Positions 1 to 12,376 are shown, counted from the first letter of the stretch. The stretch: DNA of 64,000 bases from Thermoanaerobaculia bacterium (GCA_963666565.1 OY762911.1:608001-672000); one strand, 5' to 3'. Numbers and translations: made by a program. The notes: generated from the sequence alone by a model not told the origin.

Positions 1-918
1 AGCAAGGCGCGTCAGGCCCAGAGCCGGGTCAAGCTGATCAACCGGATGACGATCGAGCCGCTGCCGCAGAGTTCGAGGCGCTACCCGCTGTTCCGCTTCG
101 ACTCGCGGCGCCCCTCGGGCAAGCGCGTGCTCACCCTCGAAGGGATCTCGAAGAGCTACGGCGACAACCGGGTGCTCGAAGACGTGTCCCTCGAGATCGG
201 CCGCGGCGAACGGGTGGCCGTGATCGGGCCGAACGGCATCGGCAAGTCGACCCTGCTCAAGATCGCGCTCGGCGAGGTCCGGGCCGACGCCGGCGAGATC
301 GACTGGGGGTACGAGACCCACCCCGGCTACTTCGCCCAGGACCACCGCCAGCAGTTGCTCGACAGGGACGGCGCCGAACCCGGGAGGCGCGGCCCGGCGC
401 CACACGCGAACCGGTCCGAGCGACCGTCGGCGGGCGCTCGGATGGCACGCAAGACCGTCGAGAGCTGGTTGTGGGACTGCTGCCCCGGCGAGCCGATCGG
501 CTTCGTCCGCGGCCAGTTGGGCGCCGTCCTGTTCACGAAGGACGAAGCGATGAAGCGGATCGGCAGCCTCTCGGGCGGCGAGGCGGCGCGGTTGCTGTTC
601 TGCCGCCACGTCGTTCTCAAGCCCAACGTGATGGTGCTGGACGAGCCGACGAACCACCTCGACCTGGAGGCGATCGAGTCACTGATCGAGGGGCTCTCGA
701 ACTACCCCGGCACCCTGCTCCTCGTCTCCCACGACCGCTGGTTCGTCAGCCGGCTGGCAACCCGGATCGTCGAGATCTCGGACCAGGGCGTCAACGACTT
801 CCTCGGCACCTACGACGAGTACCTCGACCGCCTGGGCGACGACCACCTGGACCGGACGGCCGCGCTCCAGAGGGCGAAGCGGGAGAAGCGGGAGAAGAAG
901 GCGGCCCGGGCGGTTTAG
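1..918 (+). CDS. ABC-F family ATPase (YbiT-like), 5' truncated by window edge
   Basis: Open from base 1 (linker SKARQAQSRVKLI); second ABC domain GPNGIGKST, LSGGE, LDEPTNHLD, VSHDR; no TM segments. Confidence 0.9.
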   Translation, partial: SKARQAQSRVKLINRMTIEPLPQSSRRYPLFRFDSRRPSGKRVLTLEGISKSYGDNRVLEDVSLEIGRGERVAVIGPNGIGKSTLLKIALGEVRADAGEIDWGYETHPGYFAQDHRQQLLDRDGAEPGRRGPAPHANRSERPSAGARMARKTVESWLWDCCPGEPIGFVRGQLGAVLFTKDEAMKRIGSLSGGEAARLLFCRHVVLKPNVMVLDEPTNHLDLEAIESLIEGLSNYPGTLLLVSHDRWFVSRLATRIVEISDQGVNDFLGTYDEYLDRLGDDHLDRTAALQRAKREKREKKAARAV

Positions 919-930
919 CTCGCCGGCCCG

Positions 931-3900
931 TCAGACGCCGAAGTACTTCGCGTCGGGGTGGTGGAACACCAGCGCCGAGACGGTGGCCTCCGGGTCCATC
1001 ATGTCGCCCTCGGTGAGTTCCACGCCGATGTCGGCTGGCGCCAGCGCCGCGAAGAGCTGGCGCTGGTCGGCCAGGTCCGGGCAGGCGGGATAGCCGAAGG
1101 AGTAGCGCTTGCCGCGGTACTTCGCGGCCAGGCGTTCGCGGGTCGTCATCCCCGGCGGATCGGGGAATCCGAGTGCGGCGCGCAGCCGCTGGTGCAGCAG
1201 TTCGGCGGCGGCTTCGGCGGTCTCGAGCGCCAGCGCGGCGTAGGCGTGGCTCTTCAGGTACTCGCCCTCGCGCCTGAACCGCTCCGCCGTCTCGCGCACG
1301 CCGGCGCCGGCGGTGACGACGAAGAGCGCGACGTGGTCGCCCGCAGGCAGCACGTAGTCGGCCAGGCAGAGCCCGTCCTCGCGGGGCTGCCGGGGCAGGC
1401 GCCACTCGGCGGCGACGGCGAAGCGCCCGTCCGGACCGCTCCGTGCGGCACCACCGTCGAAACCGCCCTCGCTCGCCCCGAGACTCGCGCCCGACCGGCC
1501 ATCCGCCCCGGCGCCTCCGGGCTCGCGGCCTTCCCCGGCCTCGAACAACGCCAGCCGGTTGCCGTCGCCCCTGGCCGGGAAGAACCGCCACGCGCCCCGC
1601 ACCTCCATCGCGCCGCGCGCGTACTCCTTGAGTTCTTCGACCGCCGCCTCGACCTTGAGCAGCTTCGGGTCGCCGGCCGCGCGCAGCCGCTCCACGGAGC
1701 CCTTGAGGCCGAGGTGCTTGGCGTACAGCATCTGCAGGTTCAGGTGCGGCCACACGTCGTCCAGTCGCAAGCGCGCAACGTGCCGTTCCAGGTCGGGCGG
1801 ACGGGGCGGCGCGATCTCGGTGCGCACCGTCGAACTCCGCCGCTCCGTCGCCGCCGAGGCCTTCGCCCGCGCGCCGGTCCGCGCCGGCGCCCGGTCGCGC
1901 TCGCGCAGCGCCTCGATCCGCTCGAGCGCCCCGGCGCGGCGCTCCCCGTCGCACAGCCGTTCGATCAGGTCCAGCCCGCTCATCGCGTCGCTCGCGTAGG
2001 TGCAGACGCCGCCGTACTCCGGGGCGATCCGGTTGTGGGTGAAGCGCCGCGTCAGCGCCGCGCCGCCCACCACCAGGTCCGTGTCGATGCCGGCATCCCG
2101 CAGGTCGCCGGCGGTGGCGACCATCTGCTGGGCGCTCTTGACCAGCAGCCCCGAGAGGCCGATCACGTCCGGCTCGTGCCGGCGCGCCGCCTCGACGATG
2201 CGCTCGCTCGGCGCTTTGATGCCGAGGTTCACGACCTCGAAGCCGTTGTTGGTGAGGATGATGTCGACCAGGTTCTTGCCGATGTCGTGGACGTCCCCCT
2301 TGACGGTGGCGAGGATCACCCGGCCGCGGGTCATGCCCTCCAGCCGCTCCATGTGCGGCTCCAGATGATCGACCGCCGCCTTCATCACCTCGGCGCTCTG
2401 CAGGACCTCGGCCACGATCAGCTCGTTGTCGTTGAACAGGCGCCCCACTTCGGCCATGCCGGCCATCAGCGGACCGTTGACGATGTCCAGGGGATCGGGC
2501 CAGCGCGGGTCGGCGAGCGCCGCGTCCAGGTCGGCGCGGAGCCCTTCCTTGCTGCCCTCGACCACCGAGCGCGAGAGGCGTTCCGGCAGCGGCAGCAGGT
2601 CCCGCGGCGCCTGCTCCTGCCAGCCCTTGCGCTCGCGAAACGCGGCGGTGAACGCCTCGACCGCGAGCCGTCCCGCCTCCGCGTCGCCGGCGTCGAGTTC
2701 GAGCAGCGTCTCGGCCAGCGCCCGCTCCGCCGGCGGGATCTCGGCGTAGCGCGCCAGCCCCTGGGTGTTGACGATCGCCGCGTCCAGCCCCGCCTGGGTA
2801 CAGCGGTAGAGGAAGACCGAGTTCAGGATCTCCCGGCCGGCGAGCGGCAGGCCGAAGCTGACGTTCGAGATGCCGAGGATCGTCCGGGTGCCCGGGAACG
2901 CCTCGCGCACGCGGCGCACGCCCTCGATCGTCGCCTTCGCCGAGCCGAGATACGCCTCGTCGCCCGTGCCGCACGGGAAGACCAGCGGATCCCACCAGAT
3001 CTCCTGGGGCTCCAGGCCCCACCGGCCGGTCAGGAGCTCGTAGCTCCGCTCGGCGACCTCGAGCTTGCGGTCCACCGACACCGCCATGCCGCTCTCGTCG
3101 ATCAGGCCGACGATCAGCGAGCAGCCGAACTCCCTGGCCAGCGGCACGACCCGCTCGAAGCGGTCCAGCCCGTCCTCCAGGTTGATCGAGTTCAGGATCG
3201 ACCGCCCCTGGCACCAGGTCAGCGCCCGCGCCATCACCTCGTGGTCCGTGCTGTCGATCATGAGCGGCGCCTTGACCCGACGCACCAGCCGCTCCAGGAA
3301 GCGCTCCATGTCCTCGATCTCGTCGCGTTCGGGGTCCTGAAGACAGACGTCGACGACCTGGGCGCCGCTCCGGACCTGCGCCCGCCCGACCTCGGCCGCC
3401 GCCTCGTACTCGCCTTCCCGGATCAGCCGCTTGAACTTGCGGCTGCCGAGGACGTTCGTCCGTTCGCCGACGAGGAGCGGCCGGGTGTCCTCGGTCAGTT
3501 CCACCGCGTCGAGCCCCGAGACCAGGCACCGGGCGTGCTCGGCGGGCCGCCGGGGCGGGCGCCCCCGCACCAGGCCGGCGAAGGCCTCGACGTGAGCCTC
3601 GGTCGTGCCGCAGCAGCCGCCCACCAGGTTCAACCAGCCGTGGTCCAGGAAGCGGGAGAAGACGGCCCGGAAGTCCTCCGGCGTCTGCGTGTAGAGGCCG
3701 TCCTCGTCGGGCAGGCCGGCGTTGGGAACGCAGGCCACCCGCGTGCGGCAGATCTCCGAGAGCGCGCGCAGGTGATCGAACATCTGGTCCGGGCCGGTGG
3801 CGCAGTTGAGGCCCACGTAGAGCAGGTCGCGGCGGTCGCGGTGCAGCAGCGACGCCGCCAGCGCCTCGATCTCCTGGCCGCCGAGCATCGTGCCCATCGT

Positions 3901-4530
3901 CTCGATCGTCACCGAGACCGCCACCGGCAGGCGCCATCCGAGACGCCGGAACGCCTCCTCGATGCCGATCAGCCCCGCCTTCACGTTGCGCGTGTCCTGG
4001 CAGGTTTCGAGCAGCAGGTAGTCGGCGCCGCCGGCGGCAAGGCCGAGAGCCTGGGTGCGGTAGTCGTCGCGCAGCCGCTCGAAGGTGACGCCGCCCGTCA
4101 CCGAGATCGCCTTCGTCGTCGGCCCCATCGAGCCGCAGACGAAGCGCTCGGGGCCCTCTTCGGCGCAGGCCTGCCGCGCCAGCTCGGCGGCGCGCCGGTT
4201 CAACTCGAAGGCGCGCTCCCCGAGACCGTACTCGTCGAGCACCAGGGCCGTGCCGCCGAAGGTGTTCGTCTCCACGATGTCGGCCCCGGCCCGGAGGTAG
4301 GAGCGGTGGACGTCGAGCACGACGTCGGGCCGGGTGTCGACCAGGATCTCGTTGCAGCCCTCGAGTTCGTCGCCGCCGAAGTCCTCCGGACCGAGGTTCG
4401 CCGCCTGGAACGCGGTGCCGGTGGCGCCGTCCAGCACGAGGATGCGCTCGCCGAGCGCGGCGCGGAGCGCGCGCGCGCGGGCCGCGCGGTTCTGCGGTGC
4501 GGGGAGTCGTTCGGCCGGCTGCGTGTTCAC
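931..4530 (-). CDS. metH: Cobalamin-dependent methionine synthase
   Basis: LDGATGT, GLNCATG, GGCCGTT, VGERTNV pterin domain, B12 motif GDVHDIGKN, C-terminal RYSFGYPACPDL. Confidence 0.97.
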   Translation of the reverse strand: MNTQPAERLPAPQNRAARARALRAALGERILVLDGATGTAFQAANLGPEDFGGDELEGCNEILVDTRPDVVLDVHRSYLRAGADIVETNTFGGTALVLDEYGLGERAFELNRRAAELARQACAEEGPERFVCGSMGPTTKAISVTGGVTFERLRDDYRTQALGLAAGGADYLLLETCQDTRNVKAGLIGIEEAFRRLGWRLPVAVSVTIETMGTMLGGQEIEALAASLLHRDRRDLLYVGLNCATGPDQMFDHLRALSEICRTRVACVPNAGLPDEDGLYTQTPEDFRAVFSRFLDHGWLNLVGGCCGTTEAHVEAFAGLVRGRPPRRPAEHARCLVSGLDAVELTEDTRPLLVGERTNVLGSRKFKRLIREGEYEAAAEVGRAQVRSGAQVVDVCLQDPERDEIEDMERFLERLVRRVKAPLMIDSTDHEVMARALTWCQGRSILNSINLEDGLDRFERVVPLAREFGCSLIVGLIDESGMAVSVDRKLEVAERSYELLTGRWGLEPQEIWWDPLVFPCGTGDEAYLGSAKATIEGVRRVREAFPGTRTILGISNVSFGLPLAGREILNSVFLYRCTQAGLDAAIVNTQGLARYAEIPPAERALAETLLELDAGDAEAGRLAVEAFTAAFRERKGWQEQAPRDLLPLPERLSRSVVEGSKEGLRADLDAALADPRWPDPLDIVNGPLMAGMAEVGRLFNDNELIVAEVLQSAEVMKAAVDHLEPHMERLEGMTRGRVILATVKGDVHDIGKNLVDIILTNNGFEVVNLGIKAPSERIVEAARRHEPDVIGLSGLLVKSAQQMVATAGDLRDAGIDTDLVVGGAALTRRFTHNRIAPEYGGVCTYASDAMSGLDLIERLCDGERRAGALERIEALRERDRAPARTGARAKASAATERRSSTVRTEIAPPRPPDLERHVARLRLDDVWPHLNLQMLYAKHLGLKGSVERLRAAGDPKLLKVEAAVEELKEYARGAMEVRGAWRFFPARGDGNRLALFEAGEGREPGGAGADGRSGASLGASEGGFDGGAARSGPDGRFAVAAEWRLPRQPREDGLCLADYVLPAGDHVALFVVTAGAGVRETAERFRREGEYLKSHAYAALALETAEAAAELLHQRLRAALGFPDPPGMTTRERLAAKYRGKRYSFGYPACPDLADQRQLFAALAPADIGVELTEGDMMDPEATVSALVFHHPDAKYFGV

Positions 4531-4654
4531 TTCGTCGGTTCCCGGGGGCGATCGTCCAGCCGCGTCGGAACGCTAGCAGCCAGCGCGGCGGAATTGCAGC
4601 GTCGGCGCGCATGGAACTGGCCGCCCGCCGGGTGCGCGACGATGGCGACGATCA

Positions 4655-5053
4655 CTACCGAGGGAATCGCGGCCAGACGCCGGCGGCGAGCAGGGCGCCG
4701 GCGGCGACGCCGGCGGCGTCGGCGACCAGGTCCATCCACTCGCCCGACCGGTAGCCGAGCAGCATCTGCGCCAGCTCGAGGGCGGCGCCGTAGGCCACGG
4801 CGCCGGCGGCCGCCAGGAGCACGCCGCGGACCGTCCCGCCTCGCGCCGCGGCGCCGCACCACACCCAGGCGAGCAGGGCGAACAGCACGCCGTGAGCGAG
4901 CCAGTCCCAGGGCGCCTCCGCCGCCAGCGCGGGCGTCTCGCCCAGGAGCAGGGCCAGCAGGCGCGCCACGATCCGCTCCAGGGGCGCCGCGAACAGGGGC
5001 GCCGGCAGGAGCAGGAACAAGCCGACGCCGGCGGCGACGCCCACCGAGAGCAA
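4655..5053 (-). CDS. VanZ-like membrane protein
   Basis: Hydrophobic; DWLAHGVLF...YGAALELAQ...RSGEWMDLVADAAG pattern; start uncertain. Confidence 0.7.
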   Translation of the reverse strand: MLSVGVAAGVGLFLLLPAPLFAAPLERIVARLLALLLGETPALAAEAPWDWLAHGVLFALLAWVWCGAAARGGTVRGVLLAAAGAVAYGAALELAQMLLGYRSGEWMDLVADAAGVAAGALLAAGVWPRFPR

Positions 5054-5087
5054 CCGCCAGGGTGACGCCAGGCGCCGCGGGGAGGAC

Positions 5088-6809
5088 TCAGCGGGGTCCG
5101 ACGAACCCCTCCTTCTCCAGGTGGAGGATCACCTGCTGCGCGGCCTCCTCGGCGGTGATGTCCGTCGTGTCGATGAGCATGTCCGGGTTCTCCGGCGCCT
5201 CGTACGGGTCCGAGATGCCGGTGAAGGCGTCGATCAGCCCCGCCCGGGCCTTCGCGTAGAGCCCCTTCACGTCGCGCTCCTCGCACACCTCCAGCGGCGT
5301 CGCGACGTGCACCAGGATGAACCCGCCCACGTCCTCGATCATCTCCCGCACGTCCCGGCGCACGTTCTCGTAGGGGGCGATCGGAGCGCAGATGGCGACG
5401 CCGCCGTTCTTCGTGATCTCCGATGCGACGAAGCCGATGCGGCGGATGTTGATGTCCCGGTGCTCCCGCGAGAACCCCAGCTCGGACGACAGGTTGGTGC
5501 GCACGATGTCGCCGTCGAGCAGGGTCACGGGCCGGCCGCCCGCCTCCAGGAACTTGACCAGGAGCACGTTGGCGATCGTCGACTTGCCGGCGCCCGAGAG
5601 GCCGGTGAAGAACACGGTGAACCCCTGTTCGCTACGGGCCGGATGGCTCCGGCGCAGTTCCCGGGCCACTTCCGGGAAGGTGAACCACTCAGGAATCGGC
5701 AGGCCCCGGCGCAGCCGGCGGCGCAGGTCGCTGCCAGAGATGGAGAGCGTCCGCTCCCCTTCCTTCACGTCGTCGATCGGTTCGTACGAATCCCGTTCCT
5801 CGACGTAGACCATCATCCGGAAGGGGACCATCTTCACGCCGAGTTCGGCCTCGTGCTCGATCATCAGCTCCTGCGCGTCGTACGGACCGTAGAAGGGCTT
5901 CCCGGAGGAGTCGACGCCCGGTCCCGCGTGGTCCCGGCCGACGATCAGGTGGGTGCAACCGTAGTTCCTGCGGATGAACGCGTGCCAGAGCGCCTCGCGC
6001 GGCCCGGCCATCCGCATGGCGAGCGGCAGCAGCGCCAGCTCGGCGGTGTGGCGCGGATAGTGGGCGAGGACCTTGCGGTAGCAGCGGACCCGCGTGTAGT
6101 GGTCCAGGTCGCCCGGCTTCGTCATGCCGACGACCGGGTGGATCAGCAGGTTCGCCTCCAGTTCGCGGGCCGCCCGCAGGGTCAGCTCGAAGTGCGCCCG
6201 GTGCATGGGATTGCGGGTCTGGAAGGCCACCGCCGTCTTCCATCCGAGCTGGGCGAAGCGCCGCCGCAACTGCTGCGGCGTCTTGCGCAGTCCGGGGAAG
6301 TCGTAGTGCCGGGGCGCCTGGACTCCCTCGATCCGGCCGCCCACCGACACGGTGTTCGTCCGCTGGTAGAGGTGGGCGACGCCGGGGTGCGCCCGGTCCA
6401 GCGTTCCGTAGACCAGCTCCGCTTCCTTGCGCCGGTCGTGCTCCCAGACATCCTCGACGGTGAGCGCCGCGAGCATGAGCCCCTCCGGATCGCGCAGGAC
6501 CAGCTTCGACCCGGACTCCAGCCCGGCGGCGGCCTCCGGCGCGACGTCGAGCGTGATCGGAATCGGCCACAAGGCGCCGGACGGCAGGCGCATCGTCTCG
6601 CACACGCTGTCGAACGCGGCCCGGGTCATGAACCCGTCGAGCGGCGAGAAGCCGCCGCAGAGCAGCAGCTCCAGGTCGCAGATCTGGCGCGGCGTCAGCG
6701 TCCAGGAGGGCCACTCGCGCGATCCCTCCCGCAGTTCGTTCAGGCGTTGCGGGGCGGCGATCAGCGGCCGCGGCGAGCCGCTGCGCCGCGCCACCTGCGG
6801 CTCGGTCAT
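5088..6809 (-). CDS. sat: Bifunctional sulfate adenylyltransferase / adenylylsulfate kinase (Sat-CysC fusion)
   Basis: AFQTRNPMHRAH and GRDHAG (ATP sulfurylase), then FTGLSGAGKST, LDGDIVR, FTGISDPYE (APS kinase). Confidence 0.95.
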   Translation of the reverse strand: MTEPQVARRSGSPRPLIAAPQRLNELREGSREWPSWTLTPRQICDLELLLCGGFSPLDGFMTRAAFDSVCETMRLPSGALWPIPITLDVAPEAAAGLESGSKLVLRDPEGLMLAALTVEDVWEHDRRKEAELVYGTLDRAHPGVAHLYQRTNTVSVGGRIEGVQAPRHYDFPGLRKTPQQLRRRFAQLGWKTAVAFQTRNPMHRAHFELTLRAARELEANLLIHPVVGMTKPGDLDHYTRVRCYRKVLAHYPRHTAELALLPLAMRMAGPREALWHAFIRRNYGCTHLIVGRDHAGPGVDSSGKPFYGPYDAQELMIEHEAELGVKMVPFRMMVYVEERDSYEPIDDVKEGERTLSISGSDLRRRLRRGLPIPEWFTFPEVARELRRSHPARSEQGFTVFFTGLSGAGKSTIANVLLVKFLEAGGRPVTLLDGDIVRTNLSSELGFSREHRDINIRRIGFVASEITKNGGVAICAPIAPYENVRRDVREMIEDVGGFILVHVATPLEVCEERDVKGLYAKARAGLIDAFTGISDPYEAPENPDMLIDTTDITAEEAAQQVILHLEKEGFVGPR

Positions 6810-6913
6810 CGTCTGCTCCGTCGAGGTCGTCGTCGTGCGGCCCGGCACCGCCGGCCGGCGCGGCAGTCTAGCAGCCGGCGCCGGGCGAGTAGCATCGGCG
6901 CCGGAACGCAGCC

Positions 6914-8464
6914 ATGGTCTGGGAGCGAGAGATAGCGGAACTGAAGCGGCGCCGCGAGTTCGCCCAACGGATGGGCGGCGAGGCCGGCATCGCGGAGCAG
7001 CACCGCCGCGGCAAGCTGACGATCCGGGAGCGTCTCGACCTGTTCACCGACGAGGGTTCGTTCCAGGAGATCGGCGAGCTCGCCGGAGTCGCCACCTACG
7101 ACGGCAACGAGCTCCAGGACGTGCGGCCCTCCAACCGGGTCATCGGGCTCGCCCGCCTGAACGGCCGCCGCGCGGTTCTGAACGGCGGCGACTTCACCGT
7201 GCGCGGCGGCGCCTCCGACGCGTCGATCGGCGACAAGAGCGGCCACGCCCAGAAGCTGGCGCTCGGCTGGCGCCTGCCCTACGTGCGCCTCCTCGACTCC
7301 ACCGGCGGCAGCGTCAAGACCTTCGAGAAGATCGGACGCACCTACATTCCGACCAACCCGGCCACCCCGGGCATCGAGGACCTGCTGTGCCGGGTGCCGG
7401 TGGTCGCCGCCGTGCTCGGTTCGGTCGCCGGGCTGCCGGCCGTCGAGGCGTGCCTCGCCCACTTCAACGTCATGGTGAGGGGCACCAGCCAGGTGTTCCC
7501 GGGTGGGCCGCCCGTCGTCAAGGCCGCGCTCGGCATCGACATCACGAAGGAAGATCTCGGCGACGAGCGCACGCAGGTGTTCGGCAGCGGCGTCATCGAC
7601 AACCTCGCCGACTCCGAGGAAGAGGCCTTCGCGATGCTCAAGCGGTTCCTGAGCTACCTGCCCGACAGCGTCTGGAAGCTGCCGCCCCGCGGTGAAACCC
7701 ACGACGACCCGGAGCGGCGCGAGCCGTCGCTCCTGTCCGCCATCCCGCGCGAGAAGAACCGGGCCTACGACCCGAGAGCGATCCTCGACGCGGTGCTCGA
7801 CCGCGGCTCCTTCTTCGAGATCACGCCGCACTACGGGCGCTCCCGCATCGTCGGACTCGCCCGGGTCAACGGCTATCCGGTCGGCACGATGATCAACAAC
7901 CCGAGCCATCTCGGCGGCTCGATGAACGTGGCCGCCGGCACCAAGGTGATCCGCTTCCTGCAACTCTGCGACACCTTCCACCTGCCCATGATCTACTTCG
8001 CCGACGAGCCCGGCTTCATGGTCGGCCCCGAGCAGCAGCGCCAGGGAATCGTCCGCGCCGGCGCCAAGATGCTGTGCGCGACGCTCAGGACGCGCATGCC
8101 GTGGCTCACCATCGTCATCCGGCAGCTCTACGGCGTCGCCGGCCAGTGCCACGACCGCCCGAGCGGCATGTTCCGGCGCGTGGCGTGGCCATCCGGCCAC
8201 TGGGGGTCGATGCACATCTCCGGCGGCGTGACCGCCGCCTACCGACGCATCATCCGGGAGTCCGACGACCCCGCGGCCAAGCAGAAGGAGATCGAGGACC
8301 GCCTGGAAGCCCTGGCGTCGCCGTTCCGCACCGCCGAGGCATTCAACATCGAGGAGATCGTCGATCCCCGCGAGAGCCGGCCGATGGTCCGCGACTTCAT
8401 CGACACCGCCCAGGCGGTGCTCGAGACCCAGCTCGGGCCGGGTCCGACGCCGTACATGCCGTAG
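6914..8464 (+). CDS. Acyl-CoA carboxylase carboxyltransferase (beta) subunit
   Basis: GKLTIRERLD, DFTVRGG, GLARVNG, DEPGFMVG motifs. Confidence 0.9.
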   Translation: MVWEREIAELKRRREFAQRMGGEAGIAEQHRRGKLTIRERLDLFTDEGSFQEIGELAGVATYDGNELQDVRPSNRVIGLARLNGRRAVLNGGDFTVRGGASDASIGDKSGHAQKLALGWRLPYVRLLDSTGGSVKTFEKIGRTYIPTNPATPGIEDLLCRVPVVAAVLGSVAGLPAVEACLAHFNVMVRGTSQVFPGGPPVVKAALGIDITKEDLGDERTQVFGSGVIDNLADSEEEAFAMLKRFLSYLPDSVWKLPPRGETHDDPERREPSLLSAIPREKNRAYDPRAILDAVLDRGSFFEITPHYGRSRIVGLARVNGYPVGTMINNPSHLGGSMNVAAGTKVIRFLQLCDTFHLPMIYFADEPGFMVGPEQQRQGIVRAGAKMLCATLRTRMPWLTIVIRQLYGVAGQCHDRPSGMFRRVAWPSGHWGSMHISGGVTAAYRRIIRESDDPAAKQKEIEDRLEALASPFRTAEAFNIEEIVDPRESRPMVRDFIDTAQAVLETQLGPGPTPYMP

Positions 8465-8475
8465 CCGGCGCCGCT

Positions 8476-9518
<1,043 letters not shown>

Positions 9519-9522
<4 letters not shown>

Positions 9523-10751
9523 ACCAGCTTCAGCAGGTGGCCCATCTTGTCCCGCTTGACCCGGAGATAGTCGCGGTTCGACTCCGTCGGCTCGATCTCG
9601 ATCGGCACGCGTTCGACGATCTCCAGGCCGTAGCCGGAGAGGGCGATGTACTTGTGCGGGTTGTTCGTCATCAGCCGCATCCGGCGAACGCCGATATCGC
9701 GGAGAATCTGCGCGCCGATGCCGTAGTTGCGGAGGTCGGCCTTGAACCCGAGCTTGTGGTTCGCCTCGACGGTGTCGTGCCCCTCGTCCTGCAGATCGTA
9801 GGCGCGCAGCTTGTTGAACAGGCCGATGCCCCGCCCCTCCTGCAACAGGTAGAGCACGACGCCCTCTCCTTCCTCGGCGATCGTGGAGAGGGCATGGTGC
9901 AACTGGATGCCGCAGTCGCAGCGCTCGGAGTGGAAGACGTCCCCCGTCAGGCACTGGCTGTGGACCCGCACCAGGATGTCCTTGTCCGGCTTCGGCTCGC
10001 CCATCACCAGAGCGACGTGCTCCTCGCCGGTGAGTTCAGCGTGGTAGGCGTAGGCCCTCATCGGACCGTAGAGCGTCGGCATGGTCGGCGAGGCGATCAG
10101 CCTGACCAGGCTCTCGTGCTTCAGCCGGTAGCGGATCAGGTCCGAGACCGTGATCATCGGCAGGTTGTGCAGGCGGCTGTACTCGACGAGGTCCGGGACC
10201 CGCGCCATCGTCCCGTCCTCGTTCATGATCTCGCAGATCACGCCCGCCGGCGTCAGCCCGGCCAGCGCCGCCAGGTCGACCGACGCCTCGGTCTGCCCGG
10301 CTCGCTTCAGCACGCCGCCGCGCTTGGCGCGTAGCGGGAAGACGTGACCCGGTCGCAGCAGGTCGCGGGGACCGGTTGCGGGGTCGATCGCGGTCCGGAT
10401 CGTTGCCGCGCGGTCGGCCGCGGAGATGCCGGTCGTGACCTTGCCGCGGGCCTCGATCGACACGGTGAACGCCGTCTCGAACGGCGCCGTGTTGTCCCGC
10501 ACCATCAGCGGCAGGTCGAGTTCGTCGCAGCGGTCCTCGGTCATCGCCAGGCAGATGAGTCCGCGGCCGTGGGTGGCCATGAAATTGATCGCCTCGGGGG
10601 TCACCTTCTCGGCCGCGATCGCCAGGTCGCCTTCGTTCTCCCGATCCTCGTCGTCGACGATGATCACCTGCCCGCCGCCGCGGAACACATCGACCGCTTC
10701 CTCGATCGGCGTGAAGAGCGACGGTTCCCGTTCCTTGTCTCGCTCCGTCAT
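9519..10751 (-). CDS. ribBA: Bifunctional DHBP synthase / GTP cyclohydrolase II
   Basis: [45 protein letters not shown]. Confidence 0.97.
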
Positions 10752-10761
10752 GGCGGCGATT

Positions 10762-11643
10762 CTACTCGCCCCAGCGGAGCTTGCTGCGCAGGGCGTCGTA
10801 GTGGGTCTGGCCGGAGGCCCGGGCGAGCAGGGCGCGCGACTCCGAGGCGGTCGCGACCACGCGGTCGCCGCCGTGGAGCCGGGCGCCCTCCTGGCCGTCG
10901 AGGGTGAGGTAGACCTCCTCGTCCATGCTGGCCAGGGTCATCGCGATCGTGCTCCGCTCCGGCACGACGATCGGCCGCATGGACAAGGTGTGCGGCGAAA
11001 TCGGCGTCAGCAGGGCGACCGGCAGCGTCGGATAGAGGATCGGTCCGCCTGCGGACAGGCTGTAGGCGGTCGACCCGGTCGGCGTCGAGACGATCAGGCC
11101 GTCCGCCCGGTAGCGGGCCACCGGCTCGCCGTCGATCTCGACCGCCAGTTCGATCATCCGCGCCAGGGCGCTCTTGTGTACGACCGCGTCGTTCAGGGCG
11201 CGATAGCGATCCGTGCCGCCCGCCGCGTGCAGCAACTCGACGTCCAGCAGCAGCCTCTCCTCGACCTCGAACCGTCCCTCGAGGATCGCCTCGAGGTTCG
11301 CCCAGAGCCGGTCCAGGCCGATCTCGGCCAGGTAGCCCAGGCTGCCGAGATTGACGCCGACGATCGGCACGCCGGGCCGATTGCGCGCCACCGACAGCAG
11401 CGTGCCGTCGCCACCGAGGACGACGATCAGCCCCAGGCCCGGCGCGTCCACGCCGCCCGTGGCGACGCCGCGCTCCCGGAGCCAGCTCTCCACGTCGGCG
11501 GCGGTGGCGGCTGCCCGCGAGCTGTCCGGCTTGGCGACCACCGCGACTTCGCGGATTCGTGCGCCCATGCCGCGCGGACGTTCCCGTCGCGGCGCCGAAT
11601 CCGCCGGCGCGGCGGACCTCGACGGAGTCTGCGGACTGGTCAC
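10762..11643 (-). CDS. nadK: NAD kinase
   Basis: [37 protein letters not shown]. Confidence 0.95.
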   Translation of the reverse strand: MTSPQTPSRSAAPADSAPRRERPRGMGARIREVAVVAKPDSSRAAATAADVESWLRERGVATGGVDAPGLGLIVVLGGDGTLLSVARNRPGVPIVGVNLGSLGYLAEIGLDRLWANLEAILEGRFEVEERLLLDVELLHAAGGTDRYRALNDAVVHKSALARMIELAVEIDGEPVARYRADGLIVSTPTGSTAYSLSAGGPILYPTLPVALLTPISPHTLSMRPIVVPERSTIAMTLASMDEEVYLTLDGQEGARLHGGDRVVATASESRALLARASGQTHYDALRSKLRWGE

Positions 11644-11647
11644 GACC

Positions 11648-12376
11648 TCATGTCCTGAAGTGGGCGAAGATCTCGCGGTTGCCTGCCGGTCCCCGGAGGT
11701 CGCAGTCTACCGAGGCCCGGAATTGGAGCCCGAGGGCGGTCAACTCGGCGATCCGCCGCTCGGCGACGCTCCGCCGCAGGCCGTCGTCGCGCACGACGCC
11801 GCCCTTGCCGACCTGACGGCGGCCGACCTCGAACTGCGGCTTGATCAGGACCAGCAGGTCGGCGCCGGCGGCCAGGTGCGGAAGCAGCGCCGGGGCCACC
11901 TTGACAACCGAGATGAAAGAGACGTCGACGGTGGCGACGCGGCACGGTTCCGGCAGCGCGTCGGCCGCCAGATACCGGGCATTGACCCGTTCCATCACGA
12001 CGACGCGGGGGTCGCCCCGCAGGCCCGCGTCGAGCTGGCCGTAGCCGACGTCGACCGCGTAGACCCTGGCCGCGCCGTGCGCCAGCAGGCAGTCCGTGAA
12101 CCCCCCGGTCGAAGCGCCGACGTCGAGGCAGACGGCGTTCGCCGGGTCCACCCCGAAGGCGCCGAGGGCCTGCTCCAGCTTGCGGCCGCCGCGCGACGCG
12201 TAGGGCTCGGCCCGCCCCCGCACCTCGATCGCGGCGGCGCCGTCGACCGGGATCCCCGGCTTGTCGCGGCGTTCGCCGTCCACGCGGACCCAGCCCGCCA
12301 TCACCGCCCGCTTCGCCTGTTCCCGGCTGGCGAACAGCCCGCGCTCCACCAGCAGCCGATCGAGCCGCCGCCTCAC
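11648..12376 (-). CDS. tlyA: TlyA family rRNA methyltransferase
   Basis: S4 domain [36 protein letters not shown]; GTG overlaps ispA stop. Confidence 0.95.
   Translation of the reverse strand: MRRRLDRLLVERGLFASREQAKRAVMAGWVRVDGERRDKPGIPVDGAAAIEVRGRAEPYASRGGRKLEQALGAFGVDPANAVCLDVGASTGGFTDCLLAHGAARVYAVDVGYGQLDAGLRGDPRVVVMERVNARYLAADALPEPCRVATVDVSFISVVKVAPALLPHLAAGADLLVLIKPQFEVGRRQVGKGGVVRDDGLRRSVAERRIAELTALGLQFRASVDCDLRGPAGNREIFAHFRT

Noticed and set aside
4531-4654. Cobalamin or SAM riboswitch upstream of metH
   Set aside because: The gap is short and no B12-box or SAM-I consensus was recognisable.
958-5259. Very long antisense and alternate-frame ORFs (958-5259, 29682-34133, 51193-54609 and others)
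   Set aside because: Shadow ORFs of real genes caused by high-GC codon bias; no recognisable motifs.
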